Positions 41,871 to 57,659 of a stretch of DNA of 64,000 bases are shown here, piece by piece. The translations under genes and the position numbers were made by a program. Source of the DNA: Eledone cirrhosa (taxonomy: Eukaryota); contig OZ024760.1 in the NCBI GenBank assembly GCA_964016885.1, positions 30,318,001-30,382,000 on the forward strand, read 5' to 3'. Each line of letters starts with the position of its first letter. Within the stretch, counting starts at the first letter, position 1. The notes under the pieces were generated by a model, which saw only the letters and a list, made by a program, of their open reading frames with translations, searched no databases and was not told where the DNA came from.

Positions 41871-44800
41871 AATGTAATGTAATGTAATGTGTAATGTGTA
41901 ATGTAATGTAATGTAATGTAATGTAATGTAATGTAATGTAATGTAATGTAATGTGTAATGTAATGTGTAATGTAATGTAATGTGTAATGTAATGTAATGT
42001 AATGTAATGTAATGTAATGTAATGTAATGTGTAATGTGTAATGTAATGTAATGTAATTTAATGAAATGTAATGAAATGTAATGTAATGTAATATGTAATG
42101 TAATGTAATGTAATATGGAATGTAATGTAATGTAATGTAATCTAATCTAATGTAATGTAATGTGTAATGTAATGTAATGTAATGTAATGTAATGTGTAAT
42201 GTAATGTAATGTGTAATGTAATGTAATGTAATGTAATGTAATGTAATATGTAATGTAAAGTAATGTAATGTAATGTAATGTAATATGTAATGTAATGTAA
42301 TGTAATGTAATGTAATGTGTAATGTAATGTAACGTGTAATGTAATGTAATGTAATGTAATGTAATGTAATGTAATGTGTAATGTAATGTAATGTAATGTA
42401 ATGTAATGTAATGTAATGTAATGTGTAATGTAATGTCATTTGTAATGTAATGTAATGTAATGTAGTGTGTAATGTAATGTAATGTAATGTAATGTAATGT
42501 AATGTAATGTAATGTAATGTAATGTAATGTAATGTAATGTAATGTAATGTGTAATGTAATGTAATGTAATGTAATGTAATGTAATGTAATGTAATGTGTA
42601 ATGTAATGTAATGTGTAATGTAATGTAATGTAATGTAATGTAATGTAATATGTAACGTAATGTAATGTAATGTGAAGTAATGTAATATGTAATGTAATGT
42701 AACGTAATGTAATGTAATGTAATGTAATGTAATGTGTAGTGTAATGTAATATAATGTAATGTAAAGTAATGTAATGTAATGTAATGTGTAATGTAATGTA
42801 ATGTGTAATGTAATGTAATGTAATGTAATGTAATGTAATGTAATGTAACGTAATATAATGTAATGTAATGTAAATTAAAGTGTAATGTAATGTAATCTAA
42901 TGTAATGTAATCTAATGTGTAATGTAATGTTATGTAATGTAATGTAATGTGTAATGTAACGTAATGTAATGTAATGTAATGTAAGGTAATGTAATGTAAT
43001 GTAATGTATTGTAATGTGTAATGTAATGTAATGTAATGTAATGTAATGTGTAATGTAATGTAATTTGTAATGTAATGTAATGTAATGTAGTGTGTAATGT
43101 AATGTAATGTAATGTAATGTAATGTAATGTGTAATGTAATGTAATGTAATGTAATGTAATGTGTAATGTAATGTAATGTAATGTGTAATGTAATGTAATG
43201 TAATGTAATGTAATGCAATGTGTAATGTAACGTAATATAATGTATTGTAATGTTTAATGTAATGTAATGTAATGTAATGTGTAATGTAATGTAATGTAAT
43301 GTAACGTAATGTGTAATGTAATGTAAGGTAATGTAATGTAATGTAATGTAATGTAATGTAATGTAATGTGTAATGTAATGTAATATAATGTAATGTGTAA
43401 TGTAATGTAATGTGTAATGTAATGTAATGTAATGTAATTTAATGTAATGTGTAATGTAATGTCATGTAAAGTAATGTAATGTGTAATGTAATGTAATGTG
43501 TAATGTAATGTAATGTAATGTAACGTAATGTAATGTAATGTAATGCAATATTTAATATGTAATGTAATGTAACGTAATGTAATGTAATGTAACGTAATGT
43601 AATGTAATGTAATGTAATGTAATGTAATGTAATATGTAATGTAATGTGTAATGTAATGTAATGTAACGTGTAATGTAATGTAATGTAATGTAATATAATG
43701 TAATGTAATGTGTAATGTAATGTAATGTAATGTAATGTAATGTAATGTAATTTAATGTAATGTAATGTAATGTAATGTAATGTAATGTAATGTAATGTAA
43801 TGTAATGTAATGTAATGTGTAATGAAATGTAATGTAATGTAATGTAATGTAATGTGTAATGTAATGTAATGTAATGTGTAATGTAATGTAATGTAATGTA
43901 ATGTAATGTAATGTAATGTAATGAAATGTAACTTAATGTGTAATGTAATGTAATGTAATGTAATGTAATATAATGTGTAATGTAATGTAATATAATGTAA
44001 TGTTTAATGTAATGTAATGTAATGTAATGTTATGTTTAATGTTATGTAATGTAATATAATGTAATTTTTAATGCAATGTAATGTAATGTAATGTAATGTG
44101 TAAAGTAATGTAATGTAATGTAATGTAAAGTAATGTAATGTAATGTAATGTGTAATGTAATGTAATGTAATGTGTAATGTAATGTAATGTAACGTAATGT
44201 AATGTAATGTAATGTAATGTAATGTGTAATGTAATGTAATGTGTAATGTAATGTAATGTAATGTAATGTAATGTAATGTAATGTAATGTAATGTAATGTA
44301 ATGTAATGTAATGTAATGTAATGTGTAATGTAATGTAATGTAATATAATGTGTAATGTAATGTAATGTAATGTAATGTAATGTAATGTAATGTAATGTAA
44401 TGTAATGTAATATGTAATGTAATGTAATGTAATGTAATGTAATGTAATGTAATGTAATGTAATGTAATGTAATGTAATGTGTAATGTAATGTAATGTAAT
44501 GTAATGTAATGTAATGTAATGTAATGTGTATTGTGTAATGTAATGTAATGTAATGTGTAATGTAATGTAATGTATTGTAATGTAATGTAATGTAATGTAA
44601 TGTGTAATGTAATGTAATGTAATGTAACGTGTAACGTAACGTAATGTAATGTGTAATGTAATGTAATATAATGTAATATAATATAATGTGTAATGTAATG
44701 TAATGTAATGTAATGTGTAATGTAATGTAATGTAATGTAATGTGTAAAGTAATGTAATGTAATGTAACGTTAAATGTAATGTAATGTAATGTAATGTGTA

Positions 44801-47800
44801 ACGTAATGTAATGTAATGTAATGTAATGTGTACTGTAATGTAATGTAATGTAATGTAACGTAATGTAATGTGTAATGTAATGTAATGTGTAATGTAATGT
44901 AATGTAATGTAATGTAATGTGTAATGTAATGTAATGTAATGTAATGTAATGTAATGTAAGTGTAATGTAATGTAATGTAATGTAATGTAAAGTAATGTAA
45001 TGTAATGTAATGTGTAACGTAATGTAATGTAATGTAATGTAATGTAATGTAATGTAATGTAATGTGTAATGTAATGTAATGTAATGTATTGTAACGTAAT
45101 GTAATGTAATGTGTAATGTAATGTAATGTAATATAATGTAATGTAATGTAATGTGTAAAGTATTGTAATGTTTAATGTAATGTAATGTAATGTAATGTAA
45201 TGTAATGTAATGTAATGTGTAATGTAATGTAATGTAATGTAATGTGTAATGTAATGTAATGTTTAACGTAATGTAATTTAATGTATTGTGTAATGTAATG
45301 TAATGAAATGTAATGTAACGTAATGTAAGGTAATGTAATGTGTAATGTAATGTAATGTAATGTAATTTAATGCAATGTGTAATGTATGTAATGTAATGTA
45401 ATGTGTAATGTAATGTAATGTAATGTGTAATGTAATGTAATGTAATGTAATGTGTAATGTAATGTAATGTAATGTAATGTGTAACGTAATGTAATGTAAT
45501 GTAATGTAATGTAATGTAACGTAATGTAATGTGTAACGTGAAGTAATGTAATGTAATGTAATGTAATGTAATGTAATGTGTAATGTAATGTAATATAATG
45601 TAATGTAATGTGTAATGTAACGTAATGTAATGTAATGTAATGTAATGTGTCATGTAATGTAATGCAATGTAATGTGTAATGTAATGTAATGTAATGTAAT
45701 GTGTAATGTAATCTAATGTAATGTAATGTAATGTAATGTAATGTAATGCAATGTAATGTAATGTAATGTAATGTGTAATGTAATGTAATGTAATGTGTAA
45801 TGTAATGTAATGTAATGTAATGTAATGTTTAATGTAATGTAATGTAATGTAATGTAATATAATGTAATTTTTAACGTAATGTAATGTGTAATGTAATGTA
45901 ATGTGTAATGTAATGTAATGTAATGTAATGTAATGTGTAATGTGTAATGTAATGTAATGTAATGTAATGTAATGTAATGTAATGTAATGTAATGTAATGT
46001 AATGTGTAATGTAATGTGTAATGTAATGTAATGTGTAATGTAATGTAATGTAATGTAATGTAATGTAATGTAATGTGTAATGTGTAATGTAATGTAATGT
46101 AATTTAATGAAATGTAATGAAATGTAATGTAATGTAATATGTAATGTAATGTAATGTAATATGGAATGTAATGTAATGTAATGTAATCTAATCTAATGTA
46201 ATGTAATGTGTAATGTAATGTAATGTAATGTAATGTAATGTAATGTAATGTGTAATGTAATGTAATGTGTAATGTAATGTAATGTAATGTAATGTAATGT
46301 AATATGTAATGTAAAGTAATGTAATGTAATGTAATGTAATATGTAATGTAATGTAATGTAATGTAATGTAATGTGTAATGTAATGTAATGTGTAATGTAA
46401 TGTAATGTAATGTAATGTAATGTAATGTAATGTAATGTGTAATGTAATGTAATGTAATGTAATGTAATGTAATGTAATGTGTAATGTAATGTCATTTGTA
46501 ATGTAATGTAATGTAATGTAGTGTGTAATGTAATGTAATGTAATGTAATGTAATGTAATGTAATGTAATGTAATGTAATGTAATGTGTAATGTAATGTAA
46601 TGTAATGTAATGTAATGTGTAATGTAATGTAATGTGTAATGTAATGTAATGTAATGTAATGTAATGTAATATGTAACGTAATGTAATGTAATGTAAAGTA
46701 ATGTAATATGTAATGTAATGTAACGTAATGTAATGTAATGTAATGTAATGTAATGTAATGTAATGTAATGTGTAGTGTAATGTAATATAATGTAATGTAA
46801 AGTAATGTAATGTAATGTAATGTGTAATGTAATGTAATGTGTAATGTAATGTAATGTAATGTAATGTAATGTAACGTAATATAATGTAATGTAATGTAAA
46901 TTAAAGTGTAATGTAATGTAATCTAATGTAATGTAATCTAATGTGTAATGTAATGTTATGTAATGTAATGTAATGTGTAATGTAACGTAATGTAATGTAA
47001 TGTAATGTAAGGTAATGTAATGTAATGTAATGTATTGTAATGTGTAATGTAATGTAATGTAATGTAATGTAATGTGTAATGTAATGTAATTTGTAATGTA
47101 ATGTAATGTAATGTAGTGTGTAATGTAATGTAATGTAATGTAATGTAATGTAATGTAATGTGTAATGTAATGTAATGTAATGTAATGTAATGTGTAATGT
47201 AATGTAATGTAATGTGTAATGTAATGTAATGTAATGTAATGTAATGCAATGTGTAATGTAATGTAATATAATGTAATGTAATGTTTAATGTAATGTAATG
47301 TAATGTGTAATGTAATGTAATGTAATGTAATGTAATGTAGTGTAATGTAATGTAATGTGTAATGTAATGTAATCTAATGTGTAATGTAATGTAATGTGTA
47401 ATGTAATGTAATGTAATGTAATGTGTAATGTAATGTAATGTAATGTAATGTGTAATGCAATGTAATATAATGTAATGTAACGTGTAATGTGTAATGTAAT
47501 GTAGTGTAATGTAATGTAATGTAATGTAATGTAATGTAATGTAATGTAATGTAATGTGTGATGTAATGTAATGTAATGTAATGTGTAATGTAATGTAATC
47601 TAATATAATGTAATGTAATGTAATGTGTAATGTAATGTAACGTAATGTAATGTAATGTAACGTAATGTAATGTAATATAATGTAAAGTGTAATGTAATGT
47701 AATCTAATGTAATATAATCTAATGTGTAATGTAATGTAATGTAAAGTAATGTAATGTAATGAAATGTAATGTAATGTAATGTAATGTAATGTAATGTAAT

Positions 47801-50800
47801 GTAATGTAATGTAATGTGTAATGTAATGTAATGTAATGCAATGTAATGCAATGTGTAATCTAATGTAATATAATGTAATGTAATGTTTAATGTAATGTAA
47901 TGTAATGTATTGTAATGTAGTGTAATGTAATGTGTAATGTAATGTAATCTAATGTGTAATGTGTAATGTGTAATGTAATGTAATGTAATGTAATGTAATG
48001 TAATGTAATGTAATGTAATGTAATGTAATGTAATGTAATGTAATGTAATGTAATGTAATGTAATGTAATGTAATGTAATGTAATGTAATGAGTAATGTAA
48101 TGTAATGTAACATAATGTGTAATGTAATGTAATGTAATGTAATGTAATGTAATGTAATGTGTAATGTAATGTAATGTTAAATGTAATGTAATGAAATGTA
48201 ATGTAATGTGTAATGTAATGTAATGTAATGTAATGTGTAATGTAATGTGTAATGTAATGTGTAATGTAATGTGTAATGTAATGTGTAATGTAATGTAATG
48301 GGTAATGTAATGTAATGTAATGTAATGTAATGTAATGTAATGTGTAATGTGTAATGTAATGTAATGTAATGTAATGTAACGTAATGTAATGTAATGTAAT
48401 GTAATGTAATATGTAATGTAATGTAATGTAATGTAATGTAATGTAATATGGAATGTAATGTAATGCAATGTAATGTAATGTAATGTAATGTAATGTAATG
48501 TAATCTAATGTAATGTAATGTGTAATGTAATGTAATGTAATGTAATATAATGTAACGTAACATGTAATGTAATGTAATGTAATGTAATGTAATGTAATGT
48601 AATGTAATGTAATGTAATGTAATGTAATATGTAATGTAATATGTAATGTAATGTAATGTGATGTAATGTAATGTAATGTAATGTAATGTAATGTAATGTA
48701 ATGTAATGTAATGTAATGTAATGTAATGTAATGTAATGTAATGTAATGTGTAATGTAATGTAATGTAAGGTAATGTAATGTAATGTAATGTGTAATGTAA
48801 TGTAATGTAATGTAATGTAATGTAATGTAATGTAATGTAATGTAATGTAATGTAATGTGTAATGTAATGTAATTTGTAATGTAATGTAATGTAATGTAGT
48901 GTGTAATGTAATGTAATGTAATGTAATGTAATGTAATGTAATGTGTAATGTAATATAATGTAATGTAATGTAATGTAATGTAATGTAATGTGTAATGTAA
49001 TGTAATGTAATGTGTAATGTAATGTAATGCAATGTAATGTAATGCAATGTGTAATGTAATGTAATGTTTAATGTAATGTAACGTAATGTAATGTGTAATG
49101 TAATGTAATGTAATGTAATGTAATGTAAGGTAATGTAGTGTAATGTAATGTAATGTGTAATGTAATGTAATCTAATGTGTAATGTAATGTAATGTAATGT
49201 AATGTAATGTAATGTAATCTAATGTGTAATGTAATGTAATGTAATGTAATGTAATATGTAATGTAATGTAATTTGTAATGTAATGTAATGTAATGTAGTG
49301 TGTAATGTAATGTAATGTAATGTAATGTAATGTAATGTAATGTAATGTGTAATGTAATGTAATGTAATGTAATGTGTAATGTAATGTAATGTAATGAGTA
49401 ATGTAATGTAATGTAATGTAATGTAATGCAATGTGTAATGTAATGTAATATAATGTAATGTAATGTTTAATGTAATGTAATGTAATGTAATGTAATGTAA
49501 TGTAGTGTAATGTAATGTGTAATGTAATGTAATCTAATGTGTAATGTGTAATGTGTAATGTAATGTAATGTAATGTAATGTGTAATGTAATGTAATGTAA
49601 CGTAATGTGTAATGTAATGTAATGTAATGTAGTGTGTAATGTAATGTAATGTTTAACGTAATGTAATGTAATGTAATGTAATGTGTAATATAATGTAATA
49701 TAATGTAATGTAATGTAATGTAATGTAATGTGTAATGTAATGTGTAATGTAATGTAATGTGTAATGTAATGTAATGTAATGTAATGTAATGTGTAATGTG
49801 TAATGTAATGTAATGTAATGTAACGTAATGTAATGTAATGTAATGTAATGTAATATGTAATGAAATGTAATGTAATGTAATGTAATGTAATATGGAATGT
49901 AATGTAATGTAATGTGTAATATAATGTAATGTAATGTAATGTAATGTAATCTAATGTAATGTAGTGTGTAATGTAATGTAATGTAATGTAATGTAATGTA
50001 ATGTAATGTAATGTAATGTAATGTAATGTAATGTGTAATGTAATGTAATGTGTAATGTAATGTAATGTAATGTAATGTAATGTAACGTAATATGTAATGT
50101 AATGTAATGTAATGTAATGTAATGTAATGTAATGTAATGTAATGTAATATGTAATGTAATGTAATGTAATGTAATGTAATGTAATGTAATGTAATGTAAT
50201 GTAATGTGTAATGTAATGTAATGTGTAATGTAATGTAATGTAAGGTAATGTAATGTAATGTAATGTGTAATGTAATGTAATGTAATGTAATGTAATGTAA
50301 TGTAATGTAATGTGTAATGTAATGTAATTTGTAATGTAATGTAATGTAATGTAGTGTGTAATGTAATGTAATGTAATGTAATGTAATGTAATGTAATGTG
50401 TAATGTAATGTAATGTAATGTAATGTAATGTAATGTGTAATGTAATGTAATGTAATGTGTAATATAATGTAATGCAATGTAATGTAATGCAATGTGTAAT
50501 GTAATGTAATGTTTAATGTAATGTAACGTAATGTAATGTGTAATGTAATGTAATGTAATGTAATGTAATGTAATGTAATGTGTAATGTAATGTAACCTAA
50601 TGTGTAATGTAATGTAATGTAATGTAATGTGTAATGTAATGTAATGTAATGTAATGTGTAATGTAATGTAATGTAATTTAATGTAATGTAATGTAATGTA
50701 ATGTAATGTAATGTAATGTAATGTAATGTAATATAATATAATATAATATAATATAATATGTAATGTAATGTAATGTAATGTAATGTAATGTAACGTGTAA

Positions 50801-53800
50801 TATAATGTAATGTAATGTAATGTGTAATGTAATGTAATGTAATGTGTAACGTAATGTAATGTAATGTAATGTAATGTAATGTAATGTATAACGTGAAGTA
50901 ATGTAATGTAATGTAATGTAATGTAATGTAATGTGTAATGTAATGTAATATAATGTAATGTAATGCAATGTAATGTGAAATGTAATGTAATGTAATGTGT
51001 AATGTAATCTAATGTAATGTAATGTAATGTAATGTAATGCAATGTAATGTAATGTAATGTAATGTGTAATGTAATATAATGTAATGTGTAATGTAATGTA
51101 ATGTAATGTAATGTAATGTAATGTTTAATGTAATGTAATGTAATGTAATGTAATATAATGTAATTTTTAACGTAATGTAATGTGTAATGTAATGTAATGT
51201 GTAATGTAATGTAATGTAATGTAATGTAATGTAATGTAATGTAATGTGTAATGTAATGTGTAATGTAATGTAATGTGTAATGTAATGTAATGTAATGTAA
51301 TGTAATGTAATGTAATGTAATGTAATGTGTAATGTGTAATGTAATGTAATGTAATGTAATGAAATGTAATGAAATGTAATGTAATGTAATATGTAATGTA
51401 ATGTAATGTAATATGGAATGTAATGTAATGTAATGTAATGTAATCTAATCTAATGTAATGTAATGTGTAATGTAATGTAATGTAATGTAATGTAATGTAA
51501 TGTGTAATGTAAAGTAATGTGTAATGTAATGTAATGTAATGTAATATGTAATGTAAAGTAATGTAATGTAATGTAATGTAATATGTAATGTAATGTAATG
51601 TAATGTAATGTAATGTGTAATGTAATGTAATGTGTAATGTAATGTAATGTAATGTAATGTAATGTAATGTAATGTAATGTGTAATGTAATGTAATGTAAT
51701 GTAATGTAATGTGTAATGTAATGTCATTTGTAATGTAATGTAATGTAATGTAGTGTGTAATGTAATGTAATGTAATGTAATGTAATGTAACGTAATGTAA
51801 TGTAATGTAATGTAATGTGTAATGTAATGTAACGTAATGTAATGTAATGTAATGTAATGTGTAATGTAATGTAATATAATGTAATGTAAAGTAATGTAAT
51901 GTAATGTAATGTGTAATGTAATGTAATGTGTAATGTAATGTAATGTAATGTAATGTAATGTAACGTAATATAATGTAATGTAATGTAAATTAAAGTGTAA
52001 TGTAATGTAATCTAATGTAATGTAATCTAATGTGTAATGTAATGTTATGTAATGTAATGTATAATGTAACGTAATGTAATGTAATGTAATGTAAGGTAAT
52101 GTAATGTAATGTAATGTAATGTGTAATGTAATGTAATGTAATGTAATGTAATGTAATGTGTAATGTAATGTAATTTGTAATATAATGTAATGTAATGTAG
52201 TGTGTAATGTAATGTAATGTAATGTAATGTAATGTAATGTAATGTAATGTGTAATGTAATGTAATGTAATGTAATGTAATGTAATGTGTAATGTAATGTA
52301 ATGTAATGTGTAATGTAATGTAATGTAATGTAATGTAATGCAATGTGTAATTTAATGTAATATAATGTAATGTAATGTTTAATGTAATGTAATGTAATGT
52401 AATGTGTAATGTAATGTAATGTAATGTAATGTAATGTAATGTAATGTAGTGTAATGTAATGTAATGTGTAATGTAATGTAATGTAATGTAATGTGTAATG
52501 TAATGTAATGTAATGTAATGTGTAATGCAATGTAATATATTGTAATGTAATGTGTAATGTGTAATGTAATGTAGTGTAATGTAATGTAATGTAATGTAAT
52601 GTAATGTAATGTAATGTAATTTAATGTAATGTAATGTAATGTAATGTAATGTAATGTGTAATGTAATGTAATGTAATGTAATGTAATGTAATGTAATTTA
52701 ATGTAATGTAATGTAATATAATATAATATAATATGTAATGTATTGTAATGTAATGTAATGTAATGTAATGTAATGTAATGTAATGTAATGTAATGTAATG
52801 TAATGTAATGTAATGTAATGTAATGTGTGATGTAATGTAATGTAATGTAATGTGTAATGTAATGTAATGTAATATAATGTAATGTAATGTAATGTGTAAT
52901 GTAATGTAACGTAATGTAATGTAATGTAATGTAATTTTATGTAATGTAATGTAAAGTGTAATGTAATGTAATCTAATGTAATATAATCTAATGTGTAATG
53001 TAATGTAATGTAAAGTAATGTAATGTAATGTAATGTAATGTAATGTGTAATGTAATGTAATGTAATGTAATGTAATGTAATGCAATGTGTAATGTAATGT
53101 AATATAATGTAATGTAATGTTTAATGTAATGTAATGTAATGTAATGTAATGTAGTGTAATGTAATGTGTAATGTAATGTAATCTAATGTGTAATGTGTAA
53201 TGTGTAATGTAATGTAATGTAATGTAATGTAATGTAATGTAATGTAATGTAATGTAATGTAATGTGTGATGTAATGTAATGTAACGTAATGTGTAATGTA
53301 ATGTAATGTAATGTAATGTAATGTGTAATGTAATGTAATGTTTAATGTAATGTAATGAAATGTAATGTAATGTGTAATGTAATGTAATGTAATGCAATGT
53401 AATGTAATGTGTAATGTAATGTGTAATTTAATGTGTAATGTAATGTAATGTAATGTAATGTAATGTAATGTGTAATGTGTAATGTAATGTAATGTAATGT
53501 AACGTAATGTAATGTAATGTAATGTAATGTAATATGTAATGTAATGTAATGTAATGTAATGTAATGTAATGTAATATGGAATGTAATGTAATGCAATGTA
53601 ATGTAATGTAATGTAATGTAATCTAATGTAATGTATGTGTAATGTAATGTAATGTAATGTAATGTAATGTAATGTGTAATGTAATGTAATGTGTAATGTA
53701 ATGTAATGTAATGTAATGTAATGTAATGTAATGTAACGTAATATGTAATGTAATGTAATGTAATGTAATGTAATGTAATGTAATGTAATGTAATATGTAA

Positions 53801-56800
53801 TTTAATGTAATGTAATGTAATGTAATGTGTAATGTAATGTAATGTAAGGTAATGTAATGTAATGTAATGTGTAATGTAATGTAATGTAATGTAATGTAAT
53901 GTAATGTAATGTAATGTAATGTAATGTAATGTGTAATGTAATGTAATTTGTAATGTAATGTAATGTAATGTAGTGTGTAATGTAATGTAATGTAATGTAA
54001 TGTAAAGTAATGTAATGTAATATAATGTAATGTGTAACGTAATATAATGTAATGTAATGTAATGTAATGTAATGTAATGCAATGTAATGTAATGTAATGT
54101 AATGTGTAATGTAATGTAATGTAATGTAATGTAATGTAATGTGTAATGTAATGTAATGTAATGTGTAATGTAATGTAATGCAATGTAATGTAATGCAATG
54201 TGTAATGTAATGTAATATAATGTAATGTAATGTTTAATGTAATGTAACGTAATGTAATGTGTAATGTAATGTAATGTAATGTAATGTAATGTAATGTAGT
54301 GTAATGTAATGTAATGTGTAATGTAATGTAATCTAATGTGTAATGTAATGTAATGTAATGTAATGTGTAATGTAATGTAATGTAAGGTAATGTGTAATGT
54401 AATGTAATGTAATGTAATGTAATGTAATTTAATGTAATGTAATGTAATATAATATAATATAATATAATATAATATGTAATGTAATGTAATGTGTGACGTA
54501 ATGTAATGTAATTTAATGTAATGTAATGTGTAATGTAATGTAATGTAATGTAATGTAATGTGTAATGTAATGTAATGTAATGTAATGTGTAATGTAATGT
54601 AATGTAATGTAATGTAATGTAATGTAATGTAATGTAATGTAATATAATGTAATGTAAAGTAATGTAATGTAATGTAATGTAATATAATGTAATGTAATGT
54701 GTAATGTAATGTAATGTAATGTAATGTCTAAAGTATTGTAATGTTTAATGTAATGTAATGTAATGTAATGTAATGTAATGTAATGTAATGTGTAATGTAA
54801 TGTGTAATGTAATGTAATGTTTAACGTAATGTAATTTAATGTATTGTGTAATGTAATGTAATGTAATGTAATGTAATGTAATGTAAGGTTTTTGTAATGT
54901 GTAATGTAATGTAATGTAATGTAATGTAATGTAATGTAATGTAATGTAATGTGTAATGTAATGTAATGTAATGTAATGTGTAATTTAATGTAATGTAATA
55001 CAATATAATGTAATGTAATGTAACGTGTAATATAATGCAATGTAATGTAATGTGTAATGTAATGTAATGTAATGTGTAACGTAATATAATGTAATGTAAT
55101 GTAATGTAATGTAATGTAATGTAATGTAATGCAATGTAATGTAATGTAATGTAATGTGTAATGTAATGTAATGTAAGGTGTAATGTAATGTAATGTAATG
55201 TAATGTAATGTAATGTAATGTAATGTTAAATGTAATGTAATGTAATGTAATGTAATATAATGTAATTTTTAACGTAATGTAATGTAATGTAACGTAATGT
55301 GTAATGTAATGTAATGTAATGTAATGTAATGTAATGTAATGTAATGTAATGTGTAATGTAATGTAAGTTTTAATGTAATGTAATGTAATGTAATGTAATA
55401 TGTAATATACTGTAATGTAATGTAATGTAATGTAATGTAATGTAATGTAATGAAATGTAATGAAATGTAATGTAATGTAATATGTAATGTAATGGAATGT
55501 AATGTAATATGGAATGTAATGTAATGTAATGTAATCTAATCTAATCTAATCTAATGTAATGTGTAATGTAATGTAATGTAATGTAATGTAATGTGTAATG
55601 TAATGTAATGTGTAATGTAATGTAATGTAATGTAATGTAATATGTAATGTAAAGTAATGTAATGTTATGTAATGTAATGTAATGTAATGTAATGTAATGT
55701 AATGTAATGTAATATGTAATGTAATGTAATGTAATGTAATGTAATGTAATGTGTAATGTAATGTAATGTGTAATGTAATGTAATGTAATGTAATGTAATG
55801 TAATGTGTAATGTAATGTAATGTAATGTAATGTAATGTAATGTGTAATGTAATGTAATGTGTAATGTAATGTAATGTAATGTAATGTAATGTAATGTAAT
55901 GTAATGAAATGTAATGAAATGTAATGTAATGTAATATGTAATGTAATGGAATGTAATGTAATATGGAATGTAATGTAATGTAATGTAATGTGTAATGTAA
56001 TGTAATGTGTAATGTAATGTAATGTAATGTAATGTAATGTAATATGTAATGTAATGTAATATGTAATGTAAAGTAATGTAATGTTATGTAATGTAATGTA
56101 ATGTAATATGTAATGTAATGTAATGTAATGTAATGTGTAATGTAATGTAATGTGTAATGTAATGTAATGTAATGTAATGTGTAATGTAATGTAATTTGTA
56201 ATGTAATGTAATGTAATGTAGTGTGTAATGTAATGTAATGTAATGTAATGTAATGTAATGTAATGTAATGTAATGTAATGTAATGTAATGTAATGTGTAA
56301 TGTAATGTAATGTAATGTAATGTAATGTAATGTGTAATGTAATGTAATGTAATGTGTAATGTAATGTAATTTGTAATGTAATGTAATGTAATGTAGTGTG
56401 TAATGTAATGTAATGTAATGTAATGTAATGTAATGTAATGTGTAATGTAATGTAATGTAATGTAATGTAATGTAATGTAATGCAATGTGTAATGTGATGT
56501 AATATAATGTAATGTAATGTAATGTAATTTGTAATGTAATGTAATGTAATGTAGTGTGTAATGTAATGTAATGTAATGTAATATGGAATGTAATGTAATG
56601 TAATGTAATCTAATCTAATCTAATCTAATGTAATGTGTAATGTAATGTAATGTAATGTAATGTAATGTAATGTGTAATGTAATGTAATGTGTAATGTAAT
56701 GTAATGTAATGTAATGTAATGTAATATGTAATGTAAAGTAATGTAATGTTATGTAATGTAATGTAATATGTAATGTAATGTAATGTAATGTAATGTAATG

Positions 56801-57659
56801 TAATGTGTAATATAATGTAATGTAATGTAATGTAATGTAGTGTAATGTAATGTAATGTGTAATGTAATGTAATCTAATGTGTAATGTAATGTAATGTAAT
56901 GTAATGTGTAATGTAATGTAATGTAATGTAATGTGTAATGTAATGTAATGTAATGTAATGTGTAATGCAATGTAATATAATGTAATGTAATGTGTAACGT
57001 GTAATGTAATGTAGTCTAATGTAATGTAATGTAATGTAATGTAATTTAATGTAATGTAATGTAATGTAATGTAATGTAATTTAATGTAATGTAATGTAAT
57101 ATAATATAATATGTAATGTAATGTAATGTAATGTAATGTAATGTAATGTAATGTAATGTAATGTGTGATGTAATGTAATGTAATGTAATGTAATGTAATG
57201 TGTAATGTAATGTAATGTAATGTAATGTAATGTGTAATGTAATGTAATGTAATGTAATGTAATGTAATGTAATGTAATGTAAAGTAATGTAATGTAATGT
57301 AATGTAATGTAATATAATATAATGTAATGTGTAATGTAATGTAATGTAATGTAATGTAATGTGTAAAGTATTGTAATGTTTAATGTAATGTAATGTAATG
57401 TAATGTAATGTGTAATGTAATGTAATGTAATGTAATGTGTAATGTAATGTAATGTTTAATGTAATGTAATTTAATGTATTGTGTAATGTAATGTAATGTA
57501 ATGTAATGTAAGGTAATGTAATGTGTAATGTAATGTAATGTAATGTAACACAATGTGTAATGTAATGTAATGTAATGTAATGTAATGTAATGTAATGTAA
57601 TGTGTAATGTAATGTAATGTAATGTAATGTGTAATGTAATGTAATGTAATACAATATAA

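Larger units (their letters stand above)
7600..52400. repeat. Higher-order repeat (~3.1-5.1 kb unit, mean ~4.1 kb) encoded by the order of variant monomers
   Basis: Marker AAATTAAAGTG recurs at 10446, 15259, 18358, 23085, 27125, 31413, 35237, 39566, 42872, 46898, 51987. Marker CGTGAAGTAAT recurs at 9137, 13930, 17034, 21751, 25865, 30328, 33181, 33953, 38496, 41496, 45537, 50892. Neighbouring markers (AAAGTATTG, TTTAACG, GTGTCATG, ATTTTTAACG, ATATGGAA, GTCATTTG, GCAATATTTAATAT) generally keep the same order. Confidence 0.93.

Noticed and set aside
7600-52400. CRISPR-like or information-storing repeat/spacer array
   Set aside because: No unique spacers, no constant 25-45 bp repeat and no cas or RT genes; the variants are inherited by block duplication.
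54880-54895. AAGGTTTTTGT irregularity as a possible third insertion
   Set aside because: Only a few bases, explainable as substitutions in an AAGGT-AATGT context.
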